Origin: an uncultured Fibrobacterota bacterium
GTDB lineage: Bacteria > Fibrobacterota > Chitinivibrionia > Chitinivibrionales > FEN-1185
Assembly (NCBI GenBank): GCA_963729895.1
Contig: CAVSQB010000005.1
Location: 288,001-352,000, forward strand
DNA: 64,000 nucleotides
Reading direction: 5' to 3'
Shown: positions 29,290-39,925 of the stretch, piece by piece
How the letters are laid out: each line of letters begins with the position of its first letter
Numbering within the stretch: the stretch's first letter is position 1
The notes under the pieces: generated by a model
The model's database searches: none
Told to the model about the DNA's origin: nothing
Seen by the model: only the letters and a program-made list of their open reading frames with translations
Translations under genes and position numbers: made by a program

Positions 29290-29914
29290 GAAGCATCTTG
29301 ATGGGATGGACGACGATATCGAGGTAATCCGGGCCAATGTCCAGCTGGACCATGTACACATGGTGGTAATGATTCCGCCGCGGATATCTGTCGCAAGCGT
29401 AGTGCAGTTCGTGAAATCGCGGACGGGGAAATTACTGCCGGAGCGATTTCCAAGCATAGGGAAGGCGATACGCGGCGGCGGAATCTGGTCGCGCGGGTAC
29501 TGTGTTTCAACCATAGGACTTGACGAGAGAACGATCATAAGCTACGTTGAACACCAAGGACGTGAAGATTGTGGCGCTATCCAGCTGGATCTTGGCCTGG
29601 AATAATGCCGCCGACTCCTGTCGGCGGTCTTTTACTAAATTCCTTCTCCATTTTGTTTTGTGAATTGATTCAGCCTTCCTATCGAGCTTTCTATTGATCC
29701 GGTCTTTTTCCCATTCTTCTTTCCATTCCTTGGGTATTATCATCGCCGCCAAGGAATGATCACTTTCGCCCCTTCGTGGTCGGCCTGATTCGGGAGTTTC
29801 ACTCCCGAACCCAGACCCACTTTGTTGTCACAGCGTTTCCCGGGGAAGAAATTGCTAAAACTGTCTACCGTCAACCTGGAACCCAGCCTTGCGCCGGACC
29901 GTACAGGAGCTCTC

Positions 29915-29985
29915 GCGTGGGTGCCCCCAGCAGGTGTTTGGATTTGTTCAAGGGAGGCGCCTGGGCGCACCCGGCACTGCCATCC
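29915..29985 (+). repeat. Modular repeat cluster 9 (diverged M2 + R unit)
   Basis: CGCGTGGGTGCCCCCAGC...GCACCCGGCACTGCCATCC. Confidence 0.65.
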
Positions 29986-30074
29986 AGAAGAATTTCAATT
30001 TCTTGTAGCCAAGGGAACGCCCAACCGGTTTTCCCCTTTCTATTCATGGATTGGACATATTTTTCATCGCACCC

Positions 30075-31400
30075 ATGAAAACACCCAAAGAACCCGCGGC
30101 ATATGAAATTGTCAAGAAGCTTGACGAGAGCGGACACCGGGCGCTCTTTGCCGGCGGCTGCGTGCGCGACATGCTGATGGGACTGCCTGGGGCGAACGGC
30201 GACATCGACATTGCCACGTCCGCCGCGCCCGAGGCCGTGCGCGGGCTTTTTCCGCACGTGATTCCGGTGGGCGAGCACTTCGGCGTTGTGATCGTGATGA
30301 TGGGCGAGATACCGTTCGAGGTCGCCACCTTTCGCAGGGACAAAGGCGGCGCGGACGGCAGGCACCCGGACTTGGTGGAATTCGTCGGCGAACGGGAAGA
30401 CGCGCAGCGCCGGGATTTTACCATCAACGGAATGTTCTATGACCCGGTGACGGAAACCGTGCTCGACTACGTGGGCGGCAGGGAAGACCTTGCGGCGGGC
30501 GTGGTGCGGGCCATCGGCGACGCCGGGCTCAGGTTTACGGAAGATTATCTGCGGCTGGTGCGGGCCATACGGTTCGCGGCCCGGTTCGGCTTTGCCATAG
30601 AACCCGGGACGTGGTCCGCGCTGCGTGAAAAGGCGGCCGGCATTGCGAAGGTATCGGCGGAGCGGGTGTTCATGGAGCTTGACAAAATGCTGCTCGGCCC
30701 GCACGCAGACGCGGCGCTGGCGCTGCTTCACGAAAGCGGGCTGCTCGTCCTGATCCTTCCGGAAGTTGAGAAGCTCGTGGGCGTGGACCAGCCGCCCGAG
30801 TTCCATCCGGAAGGTGACGTGTTCCTTCACACGAAACGGGCGCTTTCGTTGTTGTCAAGTCCGACCCAGGTGACGGCGTGGAGCGTGCTGCTGCACGACA
30901 TTGGAAAACCTGCCGTGATGGTGGTGGCGGACCGCATCAGGTTTTCCAACCACGACCACGTGGGCGCCGCCATGGCCCGTGACCTTCTGCGCAGGCTCAA
31001 GGCGCCCGGCGCACTCACGGACGCCGTGGTCGAGGTGGTGGACAACCACATGAACTTCATCAACGTGACTAAAATGCGGCTCTCCACGCTCAAGCGGTTC
31101 CTGTCGCGTCCCACGCTTGAGGACGAACTCGAGGTGCACCGCGTCGACTGCCTGGCAAGTCACGGCGACGTGTCCAATTATACGTTTATCAAGCAGAAGC
31201 AGGCCGAATTGTCTGTTGAGGAGATACGGCCGCCGGCGTTGATTTCGGGGAAAGACCTGATTGCGCTGGGGCTTGCGCCTGGACCGCTGTTCGGCACGAT
31301 CCTGCGGGAAGCGTACGATGTGCAACTCGAGGGAACGCACGGGTCCCGGGAAGAGGCGCTGGCGTGGGTGAAGGATAATTTCATGAATAAGGATAATTGA
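30075..31400 (+). CDS. cca: CCA tRNA nucleotidyltransferase with HD domain
   Basis: GGCVRD, DIDIAT, RRDFTIN, EDYLRLVRAIRF, FHPEGDV, LLHDIGK; start 30075 or TTG 30051. Confidence 0.9.
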   Translation: MKTPKEPAAYEIVKKLDESGHRALFAGGCVRDMLMGLPGANGDIDIATSAAPEAVRGLFPHVIPVGEHFGVVIVMMGEIPFEVATFRRDKGGADGRHPDLVEFVGEREDAQRRDFTINGMFYDPVTETVLDYVGGREDLAAGVVRAIGDAGLRFTEDYLRLVRAIRFAARFGFAIEPGTWSALREKAAGIAKVSAERVFMELDKMLLGPHADAALALLHESGLLVLILPEVEKLVGVDQPPEFHPEGDVFLHTKRALSLLSSPTQVTAWSVLLHDIGKPAVMVVADRIRFSNHDHVGAAMARDLLRRLKAPGALTDAVVEVVDNHMNFINVTKMRLSTLKRFLSRPTLEDELEVHRVDCLASHGDVSNYTFIKQKQAELSVEEIRPPALISGKDLIALGLAPGPLFGTILREAYDVQLEGTHGSREEALAWVKDNFMNKDN

Positions 31401-31420
31401 CATGGGTGAAGTTCCCCTTT

Positions 31421-31794
31421 TGGATTGCTGAGCCGGTGCGGCGAATATCAATATCAAAATGATTCTATGGATTGCTGAGCCGGTGCGGCGAGGGTGTACC
31501 CTTGGCAAGTCCGTACCTTCAGTTGCGCGCACCGTAGTAGCACCATGTTAACAAATGCTCAACTGCACGCAGCAACAGCCATCGATTCATCTTCTCAACT
31601 CGTCAACGTAGGATTGCTTCATTTGCCTTCACAACTGCGCTTCGAGGGTGCCCCACAGCAGAAGATTGGATTCTCGCCAAAACTCCCACTTTGGGGTCAC
31701 CCGGCACAGCAATCCCAAAGCACTTATCTATTATCATTTCCGGCTCAGCCAACCAGATGCGTTCTATTATTTATAATTTCCGGCTCAGCCTTCC
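31421..31794 (+). repeat. Modular repeat cluster 10 (two L - M1 - M2 - three R)
   Basis: GGATTGCTGAGCCGGTGCGGCG at 31421 and 31469; CCGGCACAGCAATCC, CCGGCTCAGCCAACC, CCGGCTCAGCCTTCC. Confidence 0.9.
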
Positions 31795-31917
31795 CAAAAC
31801 TCTTCTACCCGCTATCCGGATAGATTCTTTACTTTGCCCGTTCATGCATGTTGTTCTCTCAGGTTCCCATATCATATATTAAAACTTCGGTTTGGGATTT
31901 TGCATCTTGCGGGCAGG

Positions 31918-31937
31918 CGGGCGAAAGCCCGTTTTTT
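31918..31937 (+). promoter_or_regulatory. rimP leader (terminator-like hairpin)
   Basis: CGGGC-GAAA-GCCCG followed by T6, just upstream of rimP; matches the known GGGC..GCCC-poly-U rimP leader pattern. Confidence 0.7.
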
Positions 31938-31975
31938 GTTATGAGACATGGCACCGGCCGGAACGGGGGAGCACC

Positions 31976-32431
31976 GTGACGCTCGACGAAATCACCCCTA
32001 TCATCGAAGAGAAACTCAAGTTCATGCGCATGGAATTGTATGATATCAAGTACGTTCCGGCGGGCAGGCATTCAGTGCTGCGGGTGTTTATCGATAAGGA
32101 AGGCGGCGTCACCATTGACGATTGCGAAGATGCGAGCCGGGAAATCTCCATGCTGCTCGACGTGGAAAATTTCTCCGACACCCCGTACTCCCTGGAGGTT
32201 TCGTCGCCCGGCGCGGACAGGCCGCTTGCCACGCAGAGGGATTTTGTGAAGGTGGTGGGCCAGTACGTCCGCCTGGAACTCAAGTCCGCGGAAAAGCAGA
32301 AGCCTGTGCTGGTTGGCAAATGCCTTTCCTGCGCCGACAACGTGGTCACCGTGGAAGGCGACGACGGCGCCGAAAGGAAGATCCCGCTCGACCAGATTGC
32401 AAAAGGGAAACTGGACATCCGTTTCAAATAA
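31976..32431 (+). CDS. rimP: Ribosome maturation factor RimP
   Basis: LRVFIDKEGGVTIDDC, YSLEVSSPG.DRPL; GTG start after GGGGGAG. Confidence 0.93.
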   Translation: MTLDEITPIIEEKLKFMRMELYDIKYVPAGRHSVLRVFIDKEGGVTIDDCEDASREISMLLDVENFSDTPYSLEVSSPGADRPLATQRDFVKVVGQYVRLELKSAEKQKPVLVGKCLSCADNVVTVEGDDGAERKIPLDQIAKGKLDIRFK

Positions 32432-32451
32432 ATCTTAAAAGGAAACAGACC

Positions 32452-33837
32452 ATGAAGAAGAAGAGCAAGAACGAAAATGTCAAAGCCGTCGATATCGCGG
32501 CGGCGCTTTCGAGCGTCACCAAGGAGAAGAGCATCAGCATGGACCTTGTTTCCGACACGCTCAGGGACGCGCTTGTCACTGCGGCAAAGCGGTACCTGGG
32601 CAAACCCACCAACGTCGAAGCGAAAGTGGAGAAGGAGAAAGGGATCATCGAGGTGTACACGCGCCAGACCGTGGTGGAAGCCATTGTCGATCCGGAAAAG
32701 GAAATATCGGTGGAGGAGGCCAAGAAGATTGATCCGGAGCTCGAAGTGGGCGACGAGCTGATGCAGGACCTCGACATCGACTTGTTCGGCCGCGGCGCCA
32801 TTCAGACCGCAAAGCAGGTGATCGTGCAGCGCGTGCGCGAAGCCGAGCGAGAAAAGGTGTTCGCCGACTACAGCGAGCGCAAGGGCGAGCTGGTGACCGG
32901 CACGGTCCAGCAGATTGACAAAGGGAATATCCTGGTGAACCTGGGCCGCACCGAGGCGCTGTTGCCGTTTAAGGAGCAGATCCGCAAGGAACGGTACCGC
33001 CAGGGCGACCCGATCCGCGGCTGCATCGTGGATGTCAAGAACAATCCCAAGGGCCCGCAGGTGATAATCTCCCGTACCGCGCCCGAGTTCCTGGCGCGGC
33101 TCTTTGAACTCGAGGTGCCGGAGATCTTCGACAAGACGGTGAAGATCGTGAAGGTGGTGCGCGATCCGGGCTTTCGCTCGAAGATCGCCGTCACAACCAC
33201 CGACGACCGGGTGGACCCCGTGGGCGCGTGCGTGGGCATGCGCGGCAACCGTGTGCAGGCCATCGTGCGCGAGCTGTCGAACGAGCGCATCGACATCATC
33301 AACTGGACGGAAGAACTCTCCCTGCTTGTCCGTCGCGTCTTTTCGCCCGCCGAAGTGAAACGCGTGGTGCCCGTGAGCGAAAAAAAGATCGTGGTGATCA
33401 TCCGCGAGGAGGACCTGGCGCAGGCGATCGGCAAAGAGGGCCAGAACATTCGGCTCGCCTCCAAGATGATAGAGAAGGACATCGACGTGTACGGCGACGA
33501 GGAATTCGCCGCCTTTACAGAAGAAGAACGCACCGCCATTCTGGCCGGGCTGCCGCTTAAACCCGATGTCGCCCTGGACAAGGAAGCTGCGGCCGAGGAA
33601 GGGGGCGAGACCGAGGAAGTCCGCGACAGCGAATCGCCCAAGGCCGAGGCGGGGGTGGAGCAGGCCACGGAACCTGAGTCGTCCCTGGAGTCACTCGTGG
33701 AGAATGCCGTCGAAGACGAGTCGGAATCCGAACTAGAGATTGATGCGGACAAGGGCCCACCGGCCGGCGAGATCGCCCCCGGAGAAGAGAGCGTCGAAGG
33801 CGGTGACGCCGAGAGCGCGGAAGAGGAAAAAGCATAG
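32452..33837 (+). CDS. nusA: Transcription termination factor NusA (long acidic tail)
   Basis: FGRGAIQTAKQVI, EVPEI, VGACVGMRG, AIGKEGQNIRLA. Confidence 0.96.
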   Translation: MKKKSKNENVKAVDIAAALSSVTKEKSISMDLVSDTLRDALVTAAKRYLGKPTNVEAKVEKEKGIIEVYTRQTVVEAIVDPEKEISVEEAKKIDPELEVGDELMQDLDIDLFGRGAIQTAKQVIVQRVREAEREKVFADYSERKGELVTGTVQQIDKGNILVNLGRTEALLPFKEQIRKERYRQGDPIRGCIVDVKNNPKGPQVIISRTAPEFLARLFELEVPEIFDKTVKIVKVVRDPGFRSKIAVTTTDDRVDPVGACVGMRGNRVQAIVRELSNERIDIINWTEELSLLVRRVFSPAEVKRVVPVSEKKIVVIIREEDLAQAIGKEGQNIRLASKMIEKDIDVYGDEEFAAFTEEERTAILAGLPLKPDVALDKEAAAEEGGETEEVRDSESPKAEAGVEQATEPESSLESLVENAVEDESESELEIDADKGPPAGEIAPGEESVEGGDAESAEEEKA

Positions 33838-33898
33838 TGCAAGGGCGCCCGCCCGCACAGGGCCGGCGTGCCGCGTTACAAACCAGCAGAGGTTAATC

Positions 33899-36313
33899 AT
33901 GGCTAAAGAAAAAGTGTACAAACTCGCTCAGGAATTCAAAGTGTCGAGCGAGGCGCTCGTCCAGATGCTTCGTCAGATGGGGATTCCCGTCAAGAGCCAC
34001 ATGAGCACGGTTGACGAAAATCTTCGAGACGAGATAAAGAAGAAATTCGAATCGGAACGGGCCGAGATCAAGAAGGAGTACGAGCGTAAGAAGCAGATGA
34101 TTGTAAAGGCTAAGGAGGATCTGCTTACCAAAACAGAAAAGCCCGAGGTCGCGCTCGAGCAGCCGGCGGGAATCAAGAAACCGGCTCCTGCGCCCGCTGC
34201 CGCTATTGCGGCCGAGGAACACCGCGAAAAGGAGCGTCGGCTCCGCAACCGTGAATTTGCGGCCGCGGAATTCCGTCGTGACGAGGCCGCGCCGAGGATC
34301 AAGAGCATGGCCTTTATGCCCGTTGCCGCTCCCACGGAGGGCGCTCCCCCGTCGTCGGCCGGCAAGCAGGACTCGAGGCCGTCGTTCAAGAAGGGAAAAA
34401 AGAAGGGCGGCAGAAAGAAACCTGAACGGCCTGAAATTGACGAGATGCAACTGAAGGCGAATGTCAAGAAAACCCTTGCCAGGATCGGCAGCGGCTCGGA
34501 GCGCAAGAAATACAAGAAAGAGGCGCGTCCCAAGGATGAAAGTGTCGAAGCGGAGAAGAAAATACTTAACGTGAGCGAGTTCGTGACGGTGGCCGAGCTT
34601 GCCAACATGATGCAGGCGGCTGTATCGGAGGTGATCGCCAAGTGTCTTGAACTCGGCTTGTTTGTTACTATAAATCAACGTCTTGATTTCGAGACCATAG
34701 AGCTTGTCGCAGACGAGTTCGGGTTCACCGCGCAACTGATGACCGAATACGCAACGGAAAGCGAAGACACCGAGGATGATCTCGCGAGTGGAAAACTTGA
34801 GCCGCGCGCCCCCGTGGTGACAGTTATGGGACACGTGGACCATGGCAAAACATCGTTGCTCGACTACATTCGCAAGACCAACGTCATTGCGGGCGAAGCC
34901 GGCGGCATAACCCAGCACATTGCAGCATACGAAGTGGTCACGCCGCACGGCACCGTTACCTTTCTTGACACTCCGGGCCACGAAGCGTTTACCGCCATGC
35001 GTGCGCGCGGATCGCAGATCACCGATGTTATTGTTCTGATCGTCGCAGCCGATGCGGGCGTCATGCCGCAGACCAAGGAAGCCATCGACCACGCGCGCGC
35101 TGCAAACGTGCCGCTCGTAGTTGCCATTAACAAGGTAGATTTGCCTACCGCCAACATCGACCGGGTAAAGAGCGAACTTGCGCAGTACAACGTACTTGTC
35201 GAGGATTACGGCGGCCAGGTAACCTGTGTGGAAATGTCGGCGAAGACCGGCAAGGGCGTAGACAAACTGCTGGAGATATTGTCTCTCGAAACGCAGATCA
35301 TGGAACTCAAGGCCAACCCCGAGGGGCAGGCGCGAGGCGTTGTAATAGAATCGGAACTTGACAAAGGCAGGGGTCCCGTGGCGACGGTGCTGATCCAGAA
35401 GGGCACACTTGTCAAAGGCGACGCGTTTGTCACCGGCATGCATTACGGACGCGTGCGCGACCTGTTCAACGACCGCGGCGCCGTGGTCGATAAGGCGCGC
35501 CCCTCGCAGCCGGTGCTTGTGCTCGGGCTGTCGGGCACGCCGCAGGCCGGCGATTCGTTCCGGGTGGTGGCCGACGAAAAAGAGGCGCGCGAGATAGGGG
35601 CGCGCAGGCGGCTGGCGCAGAAAGAGCGTGAGCTCCGCAAGATGGGCGGCGTATCGCTCGATCATCTGTACGAGCAGATCAAGGCGGGAAGCGTCAAAAC
35701 GCTCAATCTCATCATCAAGGGAGACGTTGACGGATCGGTCGAAGCGCTCGCTTCGTCGCTGGAGAAACTGTCCACCGACGAAATCAAGATCCGCGTCATC
35801 CACAAAAGCGTAGGCGCGATCAAGGAATCGGACATCAACCTCGCGGTTGCGTCGACGGCAATCATCATCGGCTTCCATTTAAGCCCCAACAGCAAGATCC
35901 GCGAACTTGCTAAAAAAGAGGGCGTCGATATCCGCACCTACCGCATCATCTACGAGGCGATCGAGGCGATGAAGAAGGCCATGGAGGGAATGCTCGAACC
36001 CGAAATCAAGGAAAACGTCACGGCACAGATCGAGGTGCGACAGGTCTTCAAGGTGTCGAAAGTGGGTATCATCGCGGGTTGCTTTGTGGTGTCGGGAACC
36101 GTCAAGAACGGCAGCAAGGCCCGCCTGATCCGCGACGACGTGGAAATCGCCGACTCCAAGATCTCCTCGCTGCGCAGGCTTAAGGACGACGTGCGCGAAG
36201 TGGCCGCCGGTTTCGAATGCGGATTGACATTGGAGGGTTTTTCGGAGTACCGGGAAAAAGACCGCGTGGAAGTCTACGAGGAAGTGCAGGTTCCGAGGAA
36301 GTTGTCACTGTAG
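33899..36313 (+). CDS. infB: Translation initiation factor IF-2
   Basis: [28 protein letters not shown]; start MAKEKV at 33899. Confidence 0.97.
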   Translation: MAKEKVYKLAQEFKVSSEALVQMLRQMGIPVKSHMSTVDENLRDEIKKKFESERAEIKKEYERKKQMIVKAKEDLLTKTEKPEVALEQPAGIKKPAPAPAAAIAAEEHREKERRLRNREFAAAEFRRDEAAPRIKSMAFMPVAAPTEGAPPSSAGKQDSRPSFKKGKKKGGRKKPERPEIDEMQLKANVKKTLARIGSGSERKKYKKEARPKDESVEAEKKILNVSEFVTVAELANMMQAAVSEVIAKCLELGLFVTINQRLDFETIELVADEFGFTAQLMTEYATESEDTEDDLASGKLEPRAPVVTVMGHVDHGKTSLLDYIRKTNVIAGEAGGITQHIAAYEVVTPHGTVTFLDTPGHEAFTAMRARGSQITDVIVLIVAADAGVMPQTKEAIDHARAANVPLVVAINKVDLPTANIDRVKSELAQYNVLVEDYGGQVTCVEMSAKTGKGVDKLLEILSLETQIMELKANPEGQARGVVIESELDKGRGPVATVLIQKGTLVKGDAFVTGMHYGRVRDLFNDRGAVVDKARPSQPVLVLGLSGTPQAGDSFRVVADEKEAREIGARRRLAQKERELRKMGGVSLDHLYEQIKAGSVKTLNLIIKGDVDGSVEALASSLEKLSTDEIKIRVIHKSVGAIKESDINLAVASTAIIIGFHLSPNSKIRELAKKEGVDIRTYRIIYEAIEAMKKAMEGMLEPEIKENVTAQIEVRQVFKVSKVGIIAGCFVVSGTVKNGSKARLIRDDVEIADSKISSLRRLKDDVREVAAGFECGLTLEGFSEYREKDRVEVYEEVQVPRKLSL

Positions 36314-36326
36314 GATCGGCGATCCC

Positions 36327-36677
36327 ATGAACTGGCACGTTGAACGGTTGCGCGAAGAAATCCGCAAAGAACTCGGCCTGGCGATTGCCGAGCAGATGCG
36401 CGATCCCCGGATCCCGGACGTGGTGACGATCACCGAGGTCCGCCTTGCCCCCGACTGCCGCAACGCAACCGTGCTGGTGAGCGTGTTGGGCGACGACAAG
36501 GCGAAAAAAGAGGCCATCGGCGTGCTCAACCACGCGGCGCCGTTTCTCCAGCACATCGTTGCGAAGCGGATCGTCATGAAATTCATCCCCAAATTATACT
36601 TCAAGCTCGACAAATCGCTTGAAGACAGCGAACGCATGAGCAACCTCTTCAAAGAAATCCAAGATGACCTGGCCTGA
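36327..36677 (+). CDS. rbfA: Ribosome-binding factor A
   Basis: DPRI..VTIT.V...D, P.L.F..D; position after infB. Confidence 0.93.
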   Translation: MNWHVERLREEIRKELGLAIAEQMRDPRIPDVVTITEVRLAPDCRNATVLVSVLGDDKAKKEAIGVLNHAAPFLQHIVAKRIVMKFIPKLYFKLDKSLEDSERMSNLFKEIQDDLA

Positions 36678-37617
36678 ACTCGATGCCGCCATCGCGTCGA
36701 ACACAACCTTCCTTCTTTCGTCCCATGAGGGCCTCGACGGCGACTCCATCGGGTCGCAACTGGCCGTGTACTGGTACCTCACGTCGCTTTCCAAACGCGT
36801 GACGGTGTACAATAACGACGCGCTGCCGGACAAATTCAAATTTCTCACCAACGGCGGCGTGCTTGCCAACCGGCGGCCGCGGGGCCCGTTCGACGTGTGC
36901 GTCGTGCTCGACTGCTCCAATCCGGCCCGTCTGGGCTGGGAGCAGCTTTCGGACATGGGTTCCTATATTGTCAACATAGACCATCACCGCGACAACGTGC
37001 TGTTCGGCTCGCTTAATATCGTGAAGAAAGACGGCGCCGCAACCGGCCAGATCATCTACGATTATTTGACATACAAGAAGGTTGCGTATCCGCCGCACGT
37101 GGCCGAGGCCCTGTACGCGGCCGTCATGACCGACACGGGCGCATTCCGGTTTTCCAACACCACCGGCACCATTTTGCGGATGTGCGCCGACCTGTGCGAC
37201 CGCGGCGCGGACCCGTCCCGCATCTACGACAAGGTGTACGCATCATTTTCCCCGGGCGGGTTGCTCCTGCAGTCAAGGATCTGGTCGACGCTGGCGTTTT
37301 ACCACGGCGGCGCCATATGCTCCATGGAAATGCCCTACAGTCTCATCGAGGAACTGGGCGCAACTTACGGCGATTCCGAAGGCATGGCAGATTTCACCAT
37401 CATGGGCGCGGGCGTCGAGGTGGGGATGCTCATCAAATACGACGAGAAGGAAACGCATTTTTCCCTTCGGTCAAAAGGCCGCGTCGACGTGGGAAGGATC
37501 GCGGCCGGCGTCCGGGGAGGCGGCGGCCACCAGGGCGCGGCCGGGTGCACCATGACGCTGCCGTGCAAAGAGGCCAAGGCCCGCATGCTCGACATCATTA
37601 CACGGGAGCTTCCCTAG
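36664..37617 (+). CDS. nrnA: DHH/DHHA1 oligoribonuclease / pAp phosphatase
   Basis: DGDSIGS, NIDHH, TDTG.F, SLRS, GGGGH. Confidence 0.9.
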   Translation: MTWPELDAAIASNTTFLLSSHEGLDGDSIGSQLAVYWYLTSLSKRVTVYNNDALPDKFKFLTNGGVLANRRPRGPFDVCVVLDCSNPARLGWEQLSDMGSYIVNIDHHRDNVLFGSLNIVKKDGAATGQIIYDYLTYKKVAYPPHVAEALYAAVMTDTGAFRFSNTTGTILRMCADLCDRGADPSRIYDKVYASFSPGGLLLQSRIWSTLAFYHGGAICSMEMPYSLIEELGATYGDSEGMADFTIMGAGVEVGMLIKYDEKETHFSLRSKGRVDVGRIAAGVRGGGGHQGAAGCTMTLPCKEAKARMLDIITRELP

Positions 37618-37620
37618 CCC

Positions 37621-38484
37621 GTGGACGGTTTCCTTTTTGTCGACAAGGCCCCCGGTCCCACGTCGTTCGACGTGGTGCGGCAGGTGCGCAGGCTTTTGGG
37701 GGGCGTCAAGACGGGCCACGCGGGCACGCTCGATCCCCTGGCAAGCGGGCTCCTTATCTGCGCGGTTGGTAATGCCACCAGGCTCCTGCCGTACGTGCCC
37801 GCGGAACCCAAACGCTACGCGTTCGGCATGAGGTTCGGCTCCGAAACCGACACACTTGACAGCGAGGGAGCCGTGGTCGCGCAGGGAGGCAGGGTTCCCG
37901 GCCGCAGCGAGGTTGAGGCGGTCCTGGCGCGGTTTTCCGGGGCGATTTCCCAGGTTCCGCCAAAATTCTCTGCTGTCAATGTCGGCGGTGAACGCGCCTA
38001 CCGTCTGGCGAGGAAGAAACTCGACTTCCGCCTTGCGCCCCGCACCATAACGGTGTTCTCGCTCGCGCTCACGACGTTCGATGAAGCCGCGGGAGATGCG
38101 GTCCTCGACGTGAGGTGCTCCGGCGGCACGTACGTGCGTTCCCTGGTGAAAGACATCGCTTCCGCTCTGGGGACGCTGGCCTACGCGTCGCGTATCCGGC
38201 GGCTGGCCGTAGGGCCGTTTACGGTGGATAAGGCGGTGCCCGTCGACACGCTGGCCGTGGACGCCGGCCGTCACGTGATGCCCGTCAGGCAGGCGCTTGC
38301 GGCGCTTCCGGCAGTTACGGTGAACGCGGAGCAGTGCGGCGCGTTGGCGATGGGGCGCAACATCAGGCTTGACATGGCGGACAAGACCGTGATCGCTTAC
38401 AGGGAGAACGGCGAGGTCGCGGCGGTGCTGACAAAAGGTGAAGAGGGATCGTTTCATCCGAGGAAAGTCTTCGTGCGGAGTTGA
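37621..38484 (+). CDS. truB: tRNA pseudouridine(55) synthase
   Basis: GHAGTLDPLASG, QVPPKFSA, CSGGTYVRS. Confidence 0.95.
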   Translation: MDGFLFVDKAPGPTSFDVVRQVRRLLGGVKTGHAGTLDPLASGLLICAVGNATRLLPYVPAEPKRYAFGMRFGSETDTLDSEGAVVAQGGRVPGRSEVEAVLARFSGAISQVPPKFSAVNVGGERAYRLARKKLDFRLAPRTITVFSLALTTFDEAAGDAVLDVRCSGGTYVRSLVKDIASALGTLAYASRIRRLAVGPFTVDKAVPVDTLAVDAGRHVMPVRQALAALPAVTVNAEQCGALAMGRNIRLDMADKTVIAYRENGEVAAVLTKGEEGSFHPRKVFVRS

Positions 38485-38508
38485 CATCATTCGCAGATGC
38501 CAGTCCGA

Positions 38509-38601
38509 GCCCCCTAAATCCCCCGAAGGGGGACTTATTGGAAGAGATGTTCTAAGGCAAAGTCAAAACTTCCCAAGTCCCCTTCGGGGGATTTAGGGGG
38601 C
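38509..38601. repeat. Inverted pair of REP-like hairpins (REPIN-like), unrelated to the main repeat family
   Basis: GCCCCCTAAATCCCCCGAAGGGGGACTT (38509-38536) and its near-perfect reverse complement (38575-38601). Confidence 0.8.
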
Positions 38602-38681
38602 GAGCAAGACGTAGAGAAAGGAAAATCTAATCTTGACATGGGCAGGGAACGCCCTTGATTAATTAAGAATAGTAGAGCATT

Positions 38682-39629
38682 ATGAATCTCATCCATTATC
38701 AGAATCTCCCCAAATCCGTCACCGCCTCCGTCGTGTCTGTCGGCAACTTCGACGGCATTCACCGCGGCCACGAAGTCCTCATCCGGGAAGTGGTAAAACG
38801 GGCCAAAAAAAACGGCCTCACCTGCATCATCGTGACCTTTGAGCCTCACACCAGATCCGTGCTGGCACCGGGTTCCTACCAGCCCATACTGTCGACTCTG
38901 GAAGAAAAGGCGTTTCTGCTGGAGCCGTACGGCGTCGACTACCTCGCCTACATCCCGTTCAACGAATCGTTTGCCAAAACCTCGCCCCAGGACTTTGTGC
39001 AAAAGGTCCTGGTTGAAACCCTGCGCGCAAAGGAGTTGGTGATGGGTGAGCACCATACCTTCGGCAGGGGGCATCTGGGGAACAAAAACTTTTTGCAGTC
39101 GGACATGGGCAGGAACCATATTACTATATTTCCGGTCGGTTCCCTCATGCTGCGGGAAACCGTGGTTTCATCCACGGAGATACGCAAAAGGATCGTGGAC
39201 GGCGAGCTGGAGGAAGCGGTTGCATTGCTTGGGCGCCCGTATCTCGTGTCCGTTCAAAGAGTCTCCGGGATTCAAAAAGGATCGCAACTGGGAATTCCAA
39301 CCCTAAATTTTGCCAGACCTTCCGCGAATAAAGTCCTTCCGCCCCCCGGTGTGTACGCCGCCATGCTGGAGCATGGGGAAAAGAAATGGCAAGGGGCTTT
39401 CTATTGCGGAGACTGTCCGACCTTTTCCAACCGTGATTTTCACCTCGAATTCCACGAGTTCGATTTCACCGGCGAGGTTCCCGGCGAAGGCCAGACGGCG
39501 CACCTGTGGGTGCATTCCCTTGTACGCAGGGACGCCGCGTTTGCCACGGAAGGCGAGCTGGTACGGCAGATGAAAAAAGACGTGACCGACATACAAAACT
39601 TTTTTGCAGGAGATGCACTATGCCGATAA
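38682..39629 (+). CDS. ribF: Bifunctional FAD synthetase / riboflavin kinase
   Basis: [34 protein letters not shown]. Confidence 0.93.
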   Translation: MNLIHYQNLPKSVTASVVSVGNFDGIHRGHEVLIREVVKRAKKNGLTCIIVTFEPHTRSVLAPGSYQPILSTLEEKAFLLEPYGVDYLAYIPFNESFAKTSPQDFVQKVLVETLRAKELVMGEHHTFGRGHLGNKNFLQSDMGRNHITIFPVGSLMLRETVVSSTEIRKRIVDGELEEAVALLGRPYLVSVQRVSGIQKGSQLGIPTLNFARPSANKVLPPPGVYAAMLEHGEKKWQGAFYCGDCPTFSNRDFHLEFHEFDFTGEVPGEGQTAHLWVHSLVRRDAAFATEGELVRQMKKDVTDIQNFFAGDALCR

Positions 39630-39889
39630 CCAAGGATCGTAATCGGGCGATCATCAAGGAGTACGGGAAAAGCGAGGCCGACTCGGGAGACACGGGAGTC
39701 CAGGTCGCGCTGCTCACGGAGCGGATCAATTTTCTTACCAATCACGCCAAAGACCACGTCAAAGACCATCATTCGCGGCAGGGGCTGCTCAAGCTGGTGG
39801 GACAGAGGAAATCCATGCTTGACTTCCTCAAGAATCGCGATGTCGAAAAGTACAGACTGCTCATCAAAAAACTTAACATCAGAAAGTAG
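39620..39889 (+). CDS. rpsO: 30S ribosomal protein S15
   Basis: [32 protein letters not shown]; start MPITK at 39620. Confidence 0.96.
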   Translation: MPITKDRNRAIIKEYGKSEADSGDTGVQVALLTERINFLTNHAKDHVKDHHSRQGLLKLVGQRKSMLDFLKNRDVEKYRLLIKKLNIRK

Positions 39890-39925
39890 ACCCGGTAGCG
39901 GACGAACTGCTTTCAGGAGAGATTC

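Larger units (their letters stand above)
27873..29605 (+). pseudogene. tnpA: IS200/IS605 Y1 (HUH) transposase split by IS5 element B
   Basis: 5' part MRFRKGTHCVYRTEYHIVLTPRYRR..EKVLK rejoins in frame to HLDGMDDDIE..DHVH..WSRGY..YVEHQ when the insert is removed. Confidence 0.9.
27800..29635 (+). mobile_element. IS200-type (tnpA only) element interrupted by IS5 element B
   Basis: Left hairpin CCCCAGACT-CC-AGTCTGGGG (27806-27825); right hairpin CCGCCGAC-TCCT-GTCGGCGG (29608-29627) followed by TTTAC; no tnpB; left boundary approximate. Confidence 0.8.

Noticed and set aside
27873..29605. The HUH transposase as the RAYT mobilising the repeat family
   Set aside because: It has IS200 TnpA motifs and its own terminal hairpins, which do not resemble the L/R cores; it is also disrupted
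29760..29820. Hairpin TTCGGGAGT-TTC-ACTCCCGAA resembling a group II intron domain VI on the minus strand
   Set aside because: No domain V motif or reverse transcriptase nearby; a single stem is insufficient
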